In this document: positions 30,685 through 32,662 of the stretch, in pieces
How the letters are laid out: each line of letters starts with the position of its first letter
Position numbering within the stretch: the stretch's first letter is position 1
Notes under the pieces: generated by a model
What the model was told of the DNA's origin: nothing
The model's input: only the letters and a program-made list of their open reading frames with translations
Database searches by the model: none
Made by a program: the position numbers and the translations under genes
Assembly: GCA_018817085.1 (NCBI GenBank)
Contig: JAHIUT010000063.1
Span: 1 to 32,662 of the forward strand
Length of the DNA: 32,662 nt
Direction: 5' to 3'
Origin: Patescibacteria group bacterium
GTDB lineage: Bacteria; Patescibacteriota; WWE3; CG2-30-40-12

Positions 30685-32662
30685 CTACTGCGGTAGCTCC
30701 GCAGTTATGCCTTCAGCCCACCACTTCATACAGTATTTGCAGTCCAAACCGTATTCAGGGAAAGCGTCCAAATCTACCTGCTCCAGTCTCTCGCCCACCG
30801 GCACCACAACATTGCCCTTGTTGTCGTTGATGGGGCCGGTAAACACATCAAAACGGGTGAACTCCCCCTTCAACATCTTGGCCAGGAGGTCGCTTACTTC
30901 CTGAAGCACCTCGGGGGGCAGGTCTTTCATACCCATAGTGAGTTCCTGACCAGCCATAAAACCGAATAGCCCCAGGGCGCCAGTGTCGGCATCAAAGTAG
31001 TCCCAGCCCGGCTTGTAGTTACCGTCGATGACTCCTTGGGTAATCTTGGCGTAAATCGGACCCCAAACCCAGTACGGCGCGGTAAGGCACCTCTCCACCT
31101 TGCAAGAACCGACCCAGTCGTAAGTAACACCCCATTTACCCTTTGCCTGCGCCACATCGGCCACGGCGGGCGTATCCGCGCCCGTGAAGACCACCTGCGC
31201 GCCCGCGTCAAACAAAGAAGCGGCTGCTTCCTTTTCGATAATCGGGTCGTGCCAGGTATTTATCCAGCGCACATCCATCGTACATTCAGGGCAGGTCTTC
31301 TTCATGCCCAAGGCGATGGCGTTGCCCAGGCGGATCTCTTCGGGGATGGGGAAGGTTGCCATATAGCCCAGCTTCGGATTACCGTCCTGCTTGGCGCGGG
31401 CGCCGGCCAACATACCGGCCAGATACTTCATGTCCTCCATCGCTCCCATCAAGTTGCCGAAGTTCGTCTGGTTGGACTTGATGCCGGTCAGGTGGATGTA
31501 CATGATGTTGGGGAACTCGCCGGCCACGACTTCCATCGGGTCCATGAAGCCGAAGGATGTGCCCAGGATCAGGTTGAAGCCCTTGCGGGAGAGGCTGCGG
31601 AAGACCTGTTCCGATTCAGCGCCTTCAGGGATGTTTTCCACATAGGCGATATGAACATTGGGGACATTCTGCTCGACATATTGCAGTCCTTCGTAGTGCG
31701 CCTGGCTCCAGCCCCCGTCGTCATGCGGACCGATGAGCACAGCGGCCACATTGAACTTGTCCTTGACGACGTCTGGGATCTGCATACCACCACTCTCCGC
31801 AACCGGCGTTGCCACTAGCGTCACAACAGTCGGTTTCGGTGTGGGTTCCGGGTTCGGCTGGAATTTGCTAAACTTAGTATCCGCGGGGTCGTAATTGTCT
31901 ACAATCCCCAAAGTTACCAAGCCAGCATTCTTGGCCGCAATACCCCAAAACACACCAATTGGATTGCTACCGTCAGACAGTTTGTCATCGGGATTACCAC
32001 CCCCGGCTAAGTCAGAATTGGCACGGACAACAGCGCACTGTTTGTGTAATAGTTCACACACATGTAGAAACGCGCTACCTTCCATCTCGATGAATGTAAG
32101 TCCCAAGTCCTTATCCAAGTACTCACGAAACTCGGCATTGTCTAGGAAAGTCTGGGACGAACCCGCGCGACCCCCTACAACCAAATTCACCGGCTTTGTC
32201 AAGCACACACCTTCGCTACACGATGCAAGCTTGCTCGCGCTCACTTTTTCTGCGGCGGCCAGTAAGGCGGGACTTGCCCCAAACCAGTATTGAGACTTCC
32301 CACCCGGCATAGAACTTGGTGCTATTTGCATTGCCCCATATGCCGGATAGGCAGGTTCGAACCATGGGGGGCAGGCATTCTCGCCAGCAGATGTTTGGTT
32401 ACACCAGTAGTTCTCCTGATAGTGGATCATCCACTGTGGCACCATAACATCTCCGATGTGCCCCTCCTCAGAAGTGCCCCCGGATATACCAGTGTACAGC
32501 CCTGTATCCCCCTTGAAAAGCAACCACGCTAACATGGAAGAAGCCGCCGCATTAACCATACTGGTATCCGACACCGCGGCAACCACGGGATCTCCGTGGT
32601 AGGTTCCGAGCGTGAATGTGATAGCATCGCTGGCGTAAGGTAGCACAATAGTACTCGTTACA
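30685..32662 (-). CDS. Fusion protein: PNP_UDP_1-type nucleosidase/phosphorylase-like domain, Pro/Thr linker, BMP-family (PnrA/Med-like) nucleoside-binding domain; 5' end off window
   Basis: The N-terminal part parallels MTA/SAH nucleosidase (VAAVSDTSMVNAAA..., TGISGG, FIEMEGSAFLHVC, VVRANSDLA). The linker reads PNPEPTPKPT. The C-terminal part is BMP-like (AAVLIGPHDDGGWSQAHYEGL..., GFMDP, LGYMATFPIPEEIRLGNA, VVFTGADT). The reading frame stays open to the window edge. Confidence 0.75.
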   Translation of the reverse strand, partial: VTSTIVLPYASDAITFTLGTYHGDPVVAAVSDTSMVNAAASSMLAWLLFKGDTGLYTGISGGTSEEGHIGDVMVPQWMIHYQENYWCNQTSAGENACPPWFEPAYPAYGAMQIAPSSMPGGKSQYWFGASPALLAAAEKVSASKLASCSEGVCLTKPVNLVVGGRAGSSQTFLDNAEFREYLDKDLGLTFIEMEGSAFLHVCELLHKQCAVVRANSDLAGGGNPDDKLSDGSNPIGVFWGIAAKNAGLVTLGIVDNYDPADTKFSKFQPNPEPTPKPTVVTLVATPVAESGGMQIPDVVKDKFNVAAVLIGPHDDGGWSQAHYEGLQYVEQNVPNVHIAYVENIPEGAESEQVFRSLSRKGFNLILGTSFGFMDPMEVVAGEFPNIMYIHLTGIKSNQTNFGNLMGAMEDMKYLAGMLAGARAKQDGNPKLGYMATFPIPEEIRLGNAIALGMKKTCPECTMDVRWINTWHDPIIEKEAAASLFDAGAQVVFTGADTPAVADVAQAKGKWGVTYDWVGSCKVERCLTAPYWVWGPIYAKITQGVIDGNYKPGWDYFDADTGALGLFGFMAGQELTMGMKDLPPEVLQEVSDLLAKMLKGEFTRFDVFTGPINDNKGNVVVPVGERLEQVDLDAFPEYGLDCKYCMKWWAEGITAELPQ

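Noticed and set aside
30927-32532. ORFs 30927..31211, 31036..31818, 31184..31366, 31391..31645, 31569..31802, 31895..32293 and 32290..32532 inside the GC-rich fusion gene
   Set aside because: Same reasoning. They are antisense or off-frame ORFs with Arg/His/Gly-rich nonsense composition, whereas the 30685..32662 minus-strand frame carries two recognisable domains.

Overview
This is a gene-dense bacterial window with an AT-rich backbone. Gene content and style resemble a small-genome, CPR/Patescibacteria-like organism, but that is inference only. Housekeeping genes I recognise are trpS, ftsH, a class II ribonucleotide reductase (nrdJ) split by a LAGLIDADG intein, a stand-alone 5'-3' exonuclease, mutM, recF, an ATP-dependent DNA ligase, a XerC/D-like recombinase, an FtsB/DivIC-like protein and two tRNA(CAU) genes. 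Small accessory modules sit between them: RelE/Phd, VapBC, Fic, DinD, a Bro-N protein and an NYN-domain protein. An OmpR-type two-component system lies next to a MacAB-like efflux operon whose ATPase and permease genes appear destroyed by one internal deletion. No known multi-gene defence system or CRISPR array is present. The most unusual signals are structural. (1) Three accessory cassettes are each flanked by 22-47 bp direct repeats that duplicate the boundary of the neighbouring housekeeping gene. (2) The nrdJ intein lacks the canonical C-terminal His-Asn. (3) Many genes have a -10 hexamer 6-8 nt upstream of the ATG and no Shine-Dalgarno sequence, implying leaderless transcripts. (4) Several intergenic structured-repeat families occur, one showing a compensatory base-pair change between copies. 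(5) Gene-sized GC-rich islands encode envelope proteins, including a nucleosidase-BMP fusion, and a G12 tract sits in front of one island promoter. (6) A shared 18-bp direct-repeat box sits at the same distance upstream of the response-regulator and efflux-adaptor genes. All calls come from reading the sequence and ORF translations; no database search was run.
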